Source: an uncultured Methanosarcinales archaeon (GTDB lineage Archaea; Nanobdellota; Nanobdellia; Woesearchaeales; B54-G15). From it: 20,000 nucleotides of DNA. Within the stretch, counting starts at the first letter, position 1, and every line of letters starts with the position of its first letter. Positions 7,696-15,329 of this stretch are shown here, piece by piece. The translations under genes and the position numbers were made by a program. The stretch is from positions 56,531 to 76,530 of the forward strand of contig CAZFJK010000002.1 in the NCBI GenBank assembly GCA_964519225.1, written 5' to 3'. Under the pieces are notes generated by a model. That model was given only the letters and a program-made list of their open reading frames with translations, had not been told where the DNA came from and made no database searches.

Positions 7696-8627
7696 CTTCT
7701 GCCTCCTCTTCCAGTTTTCTTTTTAATTTTTTTCATTTCTTTGCCGAGTTTTAATTTTTCAAGTAATTCTTTATAGCGATTTCTTATGGTAACTTCAGTC
7801 ACTCCTGCAACATCTGCAACTTCTCGTTGAGTTCTTTTTTCACCTTTTGCTAAGGCAGCTACGTACAATGCTGCAGCAGCTATTCCAGTTGGACCTCTTC
7901 CAGAAGTGAGCTCTGCTTTTTGTGCTTTCTCAAGTATTTCTATTGCTTTGCTCTGGGCTTCAGGAGAAAGTCTTAGTTCTGAAGCAAATCTTGCTATATA
8001 ATCTACTGGATTGCTTGGTTGAACAGTAATGCCAAGCTCTCTGATTATGAAGCGATAGGTTCTACCTATTTCTTTCTTTTCAATATTGCTTACGTCTGAT
8101 ATTTCATCCAATGTTCTTGGAACATCATGCCGACGGCAGGCAGCATATAAAGCGCCAGCAACAACACTTTCCATTGAACGACCTCTTACAAGGCCGCGTT
8201 GAACAGCAAGGGTATAAATTCGTGCTGCTTCTTCTTCTACGCCTTTTGGGAGTTTAAGCAAAGCAGCAACCCTCTTCAGCTCTGCTAAAGCAAGTTTGAG
8301 GTTTCTTTCAATAGCAGTGCTAATCCTGTACTGCCATTTTCTTAGTCTGAAGAATTTATCTCTTTCTTTAGTTCCAAGTTTGCCTATGTCGCTCATTCTG
8401 CCGATTTCTGTGCCGAGACCTTGATTCGGTTGCGTATGGGTCATAGGAGCGCCAGCACGCCTGTGTTTTTCAATAGCATCCTCAGTAGCTCGCCATTCCT
8501 GGCTGAAGTCAATCATTTTATCCTCAATGATTAAGCCACAATCTCTGCAGACGATTTCTCCGCGTTCGCGATCCCAGAACAAGTTTATGCTACCGCATTC
8601 AGGACATTTTTTAACCATTTCGATCAT
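7692..8627 (-). CDS. tfb: Transcription initiation factor IIB
   Basis: Zn ribbon CPECGS...GEIVCRDCG, B-reader EWR, two cyclin repeats (RGRS, PRTLDEI, GRGPTG.AAAALY, VAGVTEVTIRNRYKEL); SD AGGTGA upstream. Confidence 0.98.
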   Translation of the reverse strand: MIEMVKKCPECGSINLFWDRERGEIVCRDCGLIIEDKMIDFSQEWRATEDAIEKHRRAGAPMTHTQPNQGLGTEIGRMSDIGKLGTKERDKFFRLRKWQYRISTAIERNLKLALAELKRVAALLKLPKGVEEEAARIYTLAVQRGLVRGRSMESVVAGALYAACRRHDVPRTLDEISDVSNIEKKEIGRTYRFIIRELGITVQPSNPVDYIARFASELRLSPEAQSKAIEILEKAQKAELTSGRGPTGIAAAALYVAALAKGEKRTQREVADVAGVTEVTIRNRYKELLEKLKLGKEMKKIKKKTGRGGRR

Positions 8628-8684
8628 TTATATTCACCTGAAAAATGGCTTTTCGAAACTTTTTTAAAAGAAAATTAGGGCTTT

Positions 8685-8701
8685 TATTTATAAAACTTTC
8701 G
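8685..8701 (-). promoter_or_regulatory. BRE + TATA promoter of tfb
   Basis: Minus strand reads CGAAAG-TTTTATAAATA about 60 nt upstream of the ATG. Confidence 0.65.
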
Positions 8702-8738
8702 ATTTTTATTTAAATAGGCAATTAGTCACTTGGCAGAA

Positions 8739-9779
8739 CTAAACTGCTTTTTCTACAAGCATCACGTAACTTATTGGATATCTTGTATATCTTAATTTTT
8801 CAATTCCGTCCTTCTTTTGATAATAAGAGGTTAGTCTTATGTTTCCTCTCAGAAATCGTAAGATATAAGGTAGCTTTAAAGTGCGTTCAAATTCTGTTTC
8901 AGCTTTTTGCAGGTCTTTATTAATACCAAATAAACAATACTCTATCGGCAATACCCACACTGTGTTGGGTTCTAACGCAGAAAATCCTTCAGCATCTACT
9001 TTTAGTCCTAAATACTTTACAATACTATCTAAAGTGGATGTTCCCCTGCCAGAAAGATTAGCCATTAATCCATAAAGTAATAATACTTGTTTGTATAGCT
9101 GAGCTGGAACATTAAGTGATGGATTGCTTATATCTATCGGATAGGGGTCTAAAAGCGGGTTTCCATCGGTACGATGAAATGTTTGAAGCAATAGTTTGAC
9201 AGCTTCTAAACCTTCGGAGCTTCTAATTTCCTTTTCCAAATCGACAGCTGGTTTTGATAAATCAAAATCACCGTGTTTTTCCTTTTTCAAAAGTAGGTGA
9301 GGAAGAATAACAAAAAATTCTGATCTTTTGTGGTTTTCTAATTTTCTGAGTCTTCTCTCAAGATTGAGAATTGTCTCTTTATCTTTTTCTTTATCTATTC
9401 CATAAACACCAACTATAATGACCGATCTTTTTGTTACTGTTGCCGGCGGGCGGGATATGCCTTTAATTTTGTATCTTTCATCGTTAGCTAATTCCTCGAG
9501 TTTTTCTGGAGTAAGCTGGTAAAAATCAAAGATATTAAATCTGCCAGATTCGATTAAAGCGCGTACAGCTTCTTTGCTTGCAGGATCTTCTTTAAGAACG
9601 AATTTATCATTTTTATAATCAAAACCGAGCTTTCCTTTCCATTCGTTGAAGAATTCTTCTTTTATTCTGGGAGGCTCTAGATACTTTAGTAATGAAGGGT
9701 TGGATATTATCCTTCCTAATTCAATCCGTTCGTTATCTAAGTTTTGTAGTTCTAATTTTGTAAAAAATTCTATCGTCAT
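8739..9779 (-). CDS. Hypothetical protein (346 aa)
   Basis: Long ORF with protein-like composition and a TATA-like AAAAGATTTATATAT at about 9801-9815; no motif recognised. Confidence 0.8.
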   Translation of the reverse strand: MTIEFFTKLELQNLDNERIELGRIISNPSLLKYLEPPRIKEEFFNEWKGKLGFDYKNDKFVLKEDPASKEAVRALIESGRFNIFDFYQLTPEKLEELANDERYKIKGISRPPATVTKRSVIIVGVYGIDKEKDKETILNLERRLRKLENHKRSEFFVILPHLLLKKEKHGDFDLSKPAVDLEKEIRSSEGLEAVKLLLQTFHRTDGNPLLDPYPIDISNPSLNVPAQLYKQVLLLYGLMANLSGRGTSTLDSIVKYLGLKVDAEGFSALEPNTVWVLPIEYCLFGINKDLQKAETEFERTLKLPYILRFLRGNIRLTSYYQKKDGIEKLRYTRYPISYVMLVEKAV

Positions 9780-9926
9780 TTGAGTTTAGAAGATAATTAA
9801 ATATATAAATCTTTTTATTTTTACCACTAAAAAATAATAAACAAGTTTGTATGTTTGCGTTTTTAAAAGAAAAAGAATTTTTATAAAGTAAGGTTATTAA
9901 TAAGAAGCAATGATGTTTGTCTAAAT

Positions 9927-10012
9927 GCCGCGGTCGCATAACCTGGTATTGCGCCAGCCTGGAGAGCTGGTGTCCCTTTGGGGACGTGTGGGTTCGAATC
10001 CCACCCGCGGCG
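9927..10012 (+). tRNA. tRNA-Ser (GGA)
   Basis: Acceptor GCCGCGG/CCGCGGC, discriminator G, anticodon arm CCAGC-CT-GGA-GA-GCTGG, long variable arm GTCCC..GGGAC, T arm GTGGG-TTCGAAT-CCCAC; CCA not encoded. Confidence 0.97.
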
Positions 10013-10028
10013 TTAATCACCGTTAATT

Positions 10029-10153
10029 GCCCCGGTGGTGTAGTCCGGCCAAGCATAGGGGCCTCTCGAGCCTCTGACACGGGTTCAAATTAACCCTTTC
10101 CGCTACGCGCAATCGAGTTAACGGAAAAGGTTATGAAAGTCCCGTCCGGGGCA
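10029..10153 (+). tRNA. tRNA-Glu (CTC) with a 50-nt intron in the T-loop (intron 10090-10139, position 59/60)
   Basis: Acceptor GCCCCGG/CCGGGGC, D arm GTGT-AGTCCGGCCAA-GCAT, anticodon arm GGGGC-CT-CTC-GA-GCCTC. The T stem ACGGG/CCCGT is separated by an insert forming a strict bulge-helix-bulge. Confidence 0.93.
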
Positions 10154-10210
10154 TTTTGATTTTACTTGTAAGTAGAAAAATTTTAAAAAAAGATCTTTTT
10201 TCTGGCAAAC

Positions 10211-10594
10211 ATGCTTGAAGCAAGAGTTAAATCTTTATTCGAGAAGATTTGTACTAGTGAGAAAGAAAAACAGAGATTCTTGAGATGGGGATCTGATCGT
10301 GGATATTTTGCTGACATGAACCAGCTTAATGGTATTCTTTCGCTTGGATTTGAAAGGATCAAGGATTTGATTTTTTCGTATTTTTCAGTGTACAATTCAA
10401 GAAAGATTTATACAAAAAAATTGAAACGTGCGACGTTGGCAATTTTTGTTGGCTCTGTTTTAAGTATCGCGAGTTTATTGGCGGACAATGATAGCGCAAA
10501 GAAATTTTTAAGAATCTTTGGATTGCCACTTGCTGCAGCAGGCATTTTAACTGCGCCTTTTTATTACAGAAAATACAAGAAGCATTATGGTTAA
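10211..10594 (+). CDS. Hypothetical membrane protein with two C-terminal TM segments
   Basis: 127-aa ORF; hydrophobic stretches ATLAIFVGSVLSIASLLA and IFGLPLAAAGILTAPFYY flanked by basic residues. Confidence 0.7.
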   Translation: MLEARVKSLFEKICTSEKEKQRFLRWGSDRGYFADMNQLNGILSLGFERIKDLIFSYFSVYNSRKIYTKKLKRATLAIFVGSVLSIASLLADNDSAKKFLRIFGLPLAAAGILTAPFYYRKYKKHYG

Positions 10595-10644
10595 TAAATT
10601 AGATTGGAAACAATTATATTTTTCTTCATAGTTTTAAGTTGAAA

Positions 10645-11643
10645 ATGGCTCTTGATGAGTTTGATTATCCTCTTCCGAAAGAACTTATAGCCCAGGAGCC
10701 TGCGAAAAGAAGGGAAGAAAGCAGGTTGATGGTGTTGCATAAGAACAATGCAATTGAACACTTGACTTTCAAAGATATTATTCGGTTTTTAAGTCCTGGC
10801 GATGTTCTTGTGCTCAACGAAACGAAGGTTTTAAAAGCAAAATTGGTTGGGAGAAAAGAAACAGGAGGAAAGGTTGAGCTTATTGTTGAGGAAAAGCTTA
10901 GTGATTTTATTTGCAAATGCAGAATAAGGGCTACAAAACCAAAAATAGGGAATTTGCTTGTTTTTGACGGTGCGGAAGGAAAAATCATTGATAAAAGGGA
11001 AGATGTTTTTCTTGTTCGGTTTAGCGGCGATGTTGATAAACTTCTTAAGGAAAAAGCGGTGCTTCCCACACCACCGTATATTAAAAAGCCCATAAAGGAT
11101 TATAGCAGGTATCAAACCGTTTTTGCGAAAAAAGAAGGAAGTCTTGCTGCACCAACAGCAGCTTTGCATTTTAGCAGAGATTTACTTGAAAAAATAACGA
11201 AGAAAGGAGTAAGCATAGCAAAGATTTGCTTGCATATAAGCTTTGGAACTTTTTTGAAAGTTCGTGCAGAGCAAATCGCAGAAAAAAGACTTCATAGCGA
11301 ATACTTTGAAATCAGCAAGGAAGCTGCTGAATTAATTAATAGCAGAAAAGGAAGATTATTTGCTGTTGGCACAACTGTTGTTAGGGCTCTTGAGAGCGCG
11401 GCTTATAAGCGAGGAAAGATAAGAGCAGTGAAGAAAAGCACAGAATTATTTATCATGCCTGGCTATGAATTTAAGTCAGGTATTGATGCTTTGATTACTA
11501 ACTTTCATTTGCCTAAGTCAAGTTTGCTCATGCTTGTTTGTGCATTTGCTGGAAAAGAGAGGATATTGAGAGCATACAAAGAAGCGATTAAAAGAAAGTA
11601 TAGGTTTTTTTCATTCGGTGATGCGATGCTGGTTTTCAGATGA
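10645..11643 (+). CDS. queA: S-adenosylmethionine:tRNA ribosyltransferase-isomerase
   Basis: FDYPLPKELIAQEP, SRLMVL, VLNETKV..A.L, PTPPYI, YQTVFA, GSLAAPTAALHF, VGTTVVRALES, TNFHLPKSSLLMLV.AF, YRFFSFGDAML. Confidence 0.97.
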   Translation: MALDEFDYPLPKELIAQEPAKRREESRLMVLHKNNAIEHLTFKDIIRFLSPGDVLVLNETKVLKAKLVGRKETGGKVELIVEEKLSDFICKCRIRATKPKIGNLLVFDGAEGKIIDKREDVFLVRFSGDVDKLLKEKAVLPTPPYIKKPIKDYSRYQTVFAKKEGSLAAPTAALHFSRDLLEKITKKGVSIAKICLHISFGTFLKVRAEQIAEKRLHSEYFEISKEAAELINSRKGRLFAVGTTVVRALESAAYKRGKIRAVKKSTELFIMPGYEFKSGIDALITNFHLPKSSLLMLVCAFAGKERILRAYKEAIKRKYRFFSFGDAMLVFR

Positions 11644-12169
11644 TTTTTTTTGAATAAACGCATCCGCAATAGTTTTGTCTGTAAAGATTGAATTGTTTGC
11701 TTAATGCAATGCTCAGTTCATAGCCTTTGTATTTTTTAAAGTCTGATGAAATATATTTCACGAGCTGGTCCTGATATTTTTTTCCTATTTTATTAATCGT
11801 TTCTGCTGACTTGTGCGGGCTTATTGTTAAGGTTGTTGCGAATGCTTGGAAGCCGTGTTTTTTTGCGTATTCTGCTGTTTTTTTCAGGCGAAGTTCAAAA
11901 CACAGTTGACATCTCTTTCCTTGTTCTGGTTCGTGTTCAAAACCTTTAATATAGCTGTGCCATTCGCTTTCTGTTTGTTCTGGAACTATAAGCGGAACAG
12001 AATAGAGTTTTGCTATTTTGCGCACATCTTCTAGGCGGCGTTCAAATTCTTTTCTTGGATGGATATTTGGATTGTAAAAGAAGAGAGTTATTTTAGCAGG
12101 ATGGTGTTTTAATTTTTCAAGCACTCCAACAGCACAGCATGCGCAACAAGCGTGAAGTAAGAGTTTCAT
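11636..12169 (-). CDS. queH: Epoxyqueuosine reductase QueH (DUF208)
   Basis: LLLHACCACC, FYNPNIHP..E...R, EPEQGKRCQLCFELRL, TTL.ISPHK, LYRQNYCGCVYS. Confidence 0.95.
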   Translation of the reverse strand: MKLLLHACCACCAVGVLEKLKHHPAKITLFFYNPNIHPRKEFERRLEDVRKIAKLYSVPLIVPEQTESEWHSYIKGFEHEPEQGKRCQLCFELRLKKTAEYAKKHGFQAFATTLTISPHKSAETINKIGKKYQDQLVKYISSDFKKYKGYELSIALSKQFNLYRQNYCGCVYSKKII

Positions 12170-12213
12170 TTTGAATAGAAAGCTTTTAAAGTTATTAAGT
12201 TTTATGATTTAGT

Positions 12214-12296
12214 GCCGGCGTGGCGGAACGGCTAACGCGCCTGCCTCGAGAGCAGGTCCCCTTCGGGGGTTGCAGGTTCGAATCCTGCCGCCGGCG
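12214..12296 (+). tRNA. tRNA-Ser (CGA)
   Basis: Acceptor GCCGGCG/CGCCGGC, discriminator G, anticodon arm CCTGC-CT-CGA-GA-GCAGG, variable arm CCCC-TTCG-GGGG, T arm GCAGG-TTCGAAT-CCTGC. Confidence 0.97.
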
Positions 12297-12432
12297 TAAC
12301 GAAGTGAAGCCAAGGCAGGTTCCTGAACAGAGCGAAGCGGAGTGAAGATATCTGCCGCCGGCGTAACGAAGTGAAGCCAAGGCAGGTTCCTGAACAGAGC
12401 GAAGCGGAGTGAAGATATCTGCCGCCGGCGTA
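12285..12432 (+). repeat. 67-bp tandem repeat (2 full units + 14 nt) that re-iterates the tRNA-Ser 3' end
   Basis: CTGCCGCCGGCGTA starts at 12285, 12352 and 12419; the two intervening 53-nt segments are identical. Confidence 0.95.
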
Positions 12433-12436
12433 TTTT

Positions 12437-12451
12437 GATAAAATTTATAAG
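12437..12451 (+). promoter_or_regulatory. BRE + TATA promoter for the Trm112-like gene
   Basis: GATAAAA-TTTATAAG ending about 24 nt before the ATG at 12475. Confidence 0.5.
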
Positions 12452-12474
12452 TTCGATTCAACCAATTTTGAAAA

Positions 12475-12639
12475 ATGCCTTTGCCAAAAGATTTGCTTGA
12501 AATACTTGCCTGTCCTGTTTGTAAAGGCAACCTAGTCGAGAAGAAGAATAAACTTGTATGCAAGAGATGTAAGATCGACTATCCGATAGAAGACGGGATT
12601 CCAATTCTGCTTCCGCCAGAGGATAGGCAAGTAAAATAA
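12475..12639 (+). CDS. trm112: Trm112-family methyltransferase activator (54 aa)
   Basis: Not in the ORF track. Manual translation MPLPKDLLEILACPVCKGNL...LVCKRCKIDYPIEDGIPILLP matches the L.ILACP.CK..L...YPI.DGIP.LL signature. Confidence 0.92.
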   Translation: MPLPKDLLEILACPVCKGNLVEKKNKLVCKRCKIDYPIEDGIPILLPPEDRQVK

Positions 12640-12709
12640 AAAGAACACAGGTCAAATGTATATATAAATTTTAAATCTAAATTCCATATTCTTCAATTCG
12701 CCTTTGAAA

Positions 12710-13783
12710 ATGCATAAAGGATTTGCTGATTTGCCTTTGCACTATGGAAGAGCTCCGAGATGGCTTTTTAATAGAATGGTCAAATTAGCTGGGGCTATAT
12801 CTGAAGCAATAGTATTTGAATACGGAACTTCCACATTTCTTAAAAGAATATCAGACCCATTTTGGTTTCAGGCTTTTGGCTGTGTGCTTGGTTTTGATTG
12901 GCACAGCAGCGGATTAACGACTACTGTTTGCGGCGCATTAAAGATCGCATTGAAAGATGCAAATCTCGGCATTGCTGTTTGCGGCGGAAAAGGTAAAACA
13001 AGCCTGAAAACACCAGAAGAGATTTTGAATTCTGATCTTGGACTTTCAACACAAAAACTTGAAAATCTTGCCTATGCAAGCAGAATTTCAGCTAAAGTTG
13101 ATAATGCATGCATTCAGGACGGGTTTCAGCTTTACCATCATTGTTTTGTTTTTGACGAGCGCGGGAACTGGGCGGTTGTTCAGCAGGGGATGAACGATTC
13201 TTTGCATAAAGCAAGACGCTATCATTGGTTTTCTGAAGATATTGAAGAAAGCATGATTAATGAGCCGCATAGTGCGATTTGTTGCGATATCAGGCTTGAT
13301 AAAGTGCTTGATATGACGTCAAGTGAAAGTAAAGAGGCAAGGGAATGCTCTATGGCAGTAGCGCAAGAGTTTGAACGTGAGCTGAAAAGCAGTGAAATTA
13401 AAAAACTTATTATGCCAAGACATCATGAACTTTACAAATTTCATCTTTCTAAGTATGGCAGAGCTATTCTTGAAAAAATTAGAACCATTGAACCAAAGAA
13501 TTATGAAGAGCTGATTGCAATAAAAGGCGTAGGGCCAAAGACAGTAAGGGCATTAGCACTGATAAGCGAACTTATTTACGGAAAAGCACCAAGTTATAGA
13601 GATCCTGCTGTTTATTCTTTTGCTCACGGCGGAAAAGATGGCTGGCCTTATCCTGTGGATAAGAAAAGATATGATGAGTCGATTTATACTTTAAGGCGGG
13701 CAATAGAAGAAGCAAAACTCGGAAAGAGAGAGAAATTGAAGATGCTGAAATTATTTGATAGTGCTATCCAGATCAGCCCTTAG
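12710..13783 (+). CDS. DUF763 domain protein (COG1415-like) with HhH motif
   Basis: ADLPLHYGRAP.WL..RM, DPFWFQAFGCVLGFDWHSSG.TT, AKVDN...QDG.QLYHH, VQQGMN, GVGPKTVRALAL, FAHGGKDG.PYPV. Confidence 0.92.
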   Translation: MHKGFADLPLHYGRAPRWLFNRMVKLAGAISEAIVFEYGTSTFLKRISDPFWFQAFGCVLGFDWHSSGLTTTVCGALKIALKDANLGIAVCGGKGKTSLKTPEEILNSDLGLSTQKLENLAYASRISAKVDNACIQDGFQLYHHCFVFDERGNWAVVQQGMNDSLHKARRYHWFSEDIEESMINEPHSAICCDIRLDKVLDMTSSESKEARECSMAVAQEFERELKSSEIKKLIMPRHHELYKFHLSKYGRAILEKIRTIEPKNYEELIAIKGVGPKTVRALALISELIYGKAPSYRDPAVYSFAHGGKDGWPYPVDKKRYDESIYTLRRAIEEAKLGKREKLKMLKLFDSAIQISP

Positions 13784-14329
13784 TTTTTCAAGGGCTTTTT
13801 CTCTAAGCTGTCTCACCCTTTCCCCTGAAATACCCATTTCTCTTCCTATTTCTAAAAGTGTACGCTTTTTATGACCGTTCAGGCCGAAATATTCATTTAT
13901 TACTTTTTGCTCTCTTCTTGGAAGGTTCCTCAGCGCATTATAGAGATTGTTTATAAGTTCAGTTTTGTATAATCTTTTTGTTGGACTCTCCTCGCGGCTT
14001 CTTATTAAATTTAGGATCTCTTCGTCTGCGATTGAAAAAGGCTGTTGGGCTTTGAGACTTTTTTTAAGTAGACCTGAAACACTTTTCCAAGCGTAAGTTG
14101 TAAATGTGCTTTGCATATTTGGATTCCAAGCATACCATGCTTTAAGAAGCGCAAGGAATCCTTCTTGAATTAGATCTTCGATAGTTGCAGGGTTTCCGAA
14201 GTTCATTGCTAACATACGCACCATTGGGGCGTATTGCTGAATAATGAATTTCTTTGCTTCTTCTGAGTTCTTTGAGTTTGCATATTCCATGCATTTTCTG
14301 CGGATGCTGGCTTGGTCAGTGGATTTCAT
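13751..14329 (-). CDS. Sigma-70 family RNA polymerase sigma factor-like protein (regions 2 and 4)
   Basis: Region 2: IIQQYAPMVRMLA...EDLIQEGFLALLKA...FTTYA. Region 4: LPRREQKVINEYFGL....RTLLEIGREMGISGERVRQLREKALEKLR. Confidence 0.92.
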   Translation of the reverse strand: MKSTDQASIRRKCMEYANSKNSEEAKKFIIQQYAPMVRMLAMNFGNPATIEDLIQEGFLALLKAWYAWNPNMQSTFTTYAWKSVSGLLKKSLKAQQPFSIADEEILNLIRSREESPTKRLYKTELINNLYNALRNLPRREQKVINEYFGLNGHKKRTLLEIGREMGISGERVRQLREKALEKLRADLDSTIK

Positions 14330-15311
14330 TTTTTAAAACAAACAAACCCTTGTGTTTTTTCATTCCATCTGCAAGAAAGACCGCATTCTGAAAGAGCTGT
14401 TTTTATTTGATTTATATATTTTTTTCTTGAACGTACCCCTACCTTACCAACATAATGAAAAAATCTTCCTTTTGGCTTTAAGACGCGACGAANNNNNNNN
14501 NNNNNNNNNNNNNNNNNNNNNNNNNNNNNNNNNNNNNNNNNNNNNNNNNNNNNNNNNNNNNNNNNNNNNNNNNNNNNNNNNNNNNNNNNNNNCCTACCTT
14601 ACCAACATAATGAAAAAATCTTCCTTTTGGCTTTAAGACGCGACGAAACTCTGCATAAAGAGTTCTGCTGTAGAGTTCTTTTGCGTGGTAGTACTGGGGC
14701 GGATCGTGGATAATAAAATCAAATGTAAGATCTTTGAACTTCTTTATCGCATGTCGAATATCGTCAATAATGAGTTTGATATTTTTTGCGATGAAGAGCT
14801 TTCTTGACCATGGATTAAGTTTTGCTATCCTGATAACATTTTTGTCTTTTTCTACAGTAATAATCTTTTTGCATCTTCTTGCTGCGAGTATTGCTGTATA
14901 GCCCAAACCTGTGCAGCTGTCAAGACCGAGCTCGTTTTTTTGTGGCATTATCAAATTGATTTTATTTCTGGCGTCGCTCCACGGATCTGTGCCTACAACC
15001 CTATGCATGTGGGTTCCGCTTATTTGGATTGTTGGAGCTTGATTTAAGCCGTAGGTGACAAGTTTGTAAAACAAGTTTGTTTTGGGAGAGTATAGTTGAA
15101 TCTTTTCTAATTTTCCTTTTTTGAAGATAAACACAGAAAACTTTCCTTTCTTAACTATCTTTTCAATTATTTGGAATGGAATTTTGTCTTGGTTGATTTC
15201 GATGCAATCTGAATAGTATTTTGGTTTGATACGTGTTAATCCTAGGTCAAGTGAAATCGTCGATCTTTTCTTTAAAAGTTCTTTAGCTACAAAACCTGTT
15301 AAATAAATCAT
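14326..15311 (-). CDS. Predicted archaeal SAM-dependent methyltransferase (COG2521-like); interrupted only by the scaffold-gap artefact, 276 aa when collapsed
   Basis: PTIQISGTHMH, LDSCTGLGYTAI, TVEKD.NV..IA..NPWS, FDFIIHDPP, ELYS..LY.EF.RVLKP.G.FFHYVG. Removing 100 N and one copy of the 55-nt duplicate extends the frame through GVRSRKKYINQIKTALSECGLSCRWNEKTQGFVCFKK to TGA at 14328-14326. Confidence 0.88.
14438..14647. other. Scaffold gap (100 N, 14493-14592) flanked by an identical 55-nt duplication
   Basis: 14438-14492 equals 14593-14647 (CCTACCTTACC...GACGCGACGAA). Confidence 0.95.
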
Positions 15312-15329
15312 ATTAGTTCTTCTTGACCC

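Noticed and set aside
9733..10080. 115-aa minus-strand ORF; likewise 12195..12563
   Set aside because: Antisense shadows of tRNA genes and the repeat array.
12315..12355. BHB intron inside the repeat's pseudo T-loop
   Set aside because: No register gives a 4-bp central helix with two 3-nt bulges and both flanking helices, and there is no 5' tRNA half for each unit.
12342..12393. Box C/D guide RNA spanning the repeat junction (GTGAAGA...GTGAAGC...CTGA)
   Set aside because: Boxes are degenerate, the D' box is poor, and the apparent guide is simply tRNA T-arm-derived sequence.
12285..12432. CRISPR array
   Set aside because: The recurring 14-mer is the tRNA 3' end, the intervening segments are identical rather than unique spacers, and there is no cas operon.
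14438..14647. Direct repeats or target-site duplication of a mobile element
   Set aside because: An exact 55-nt duplicate around 100 N whose removal restores an ORF is best explained as an assembly artefact.
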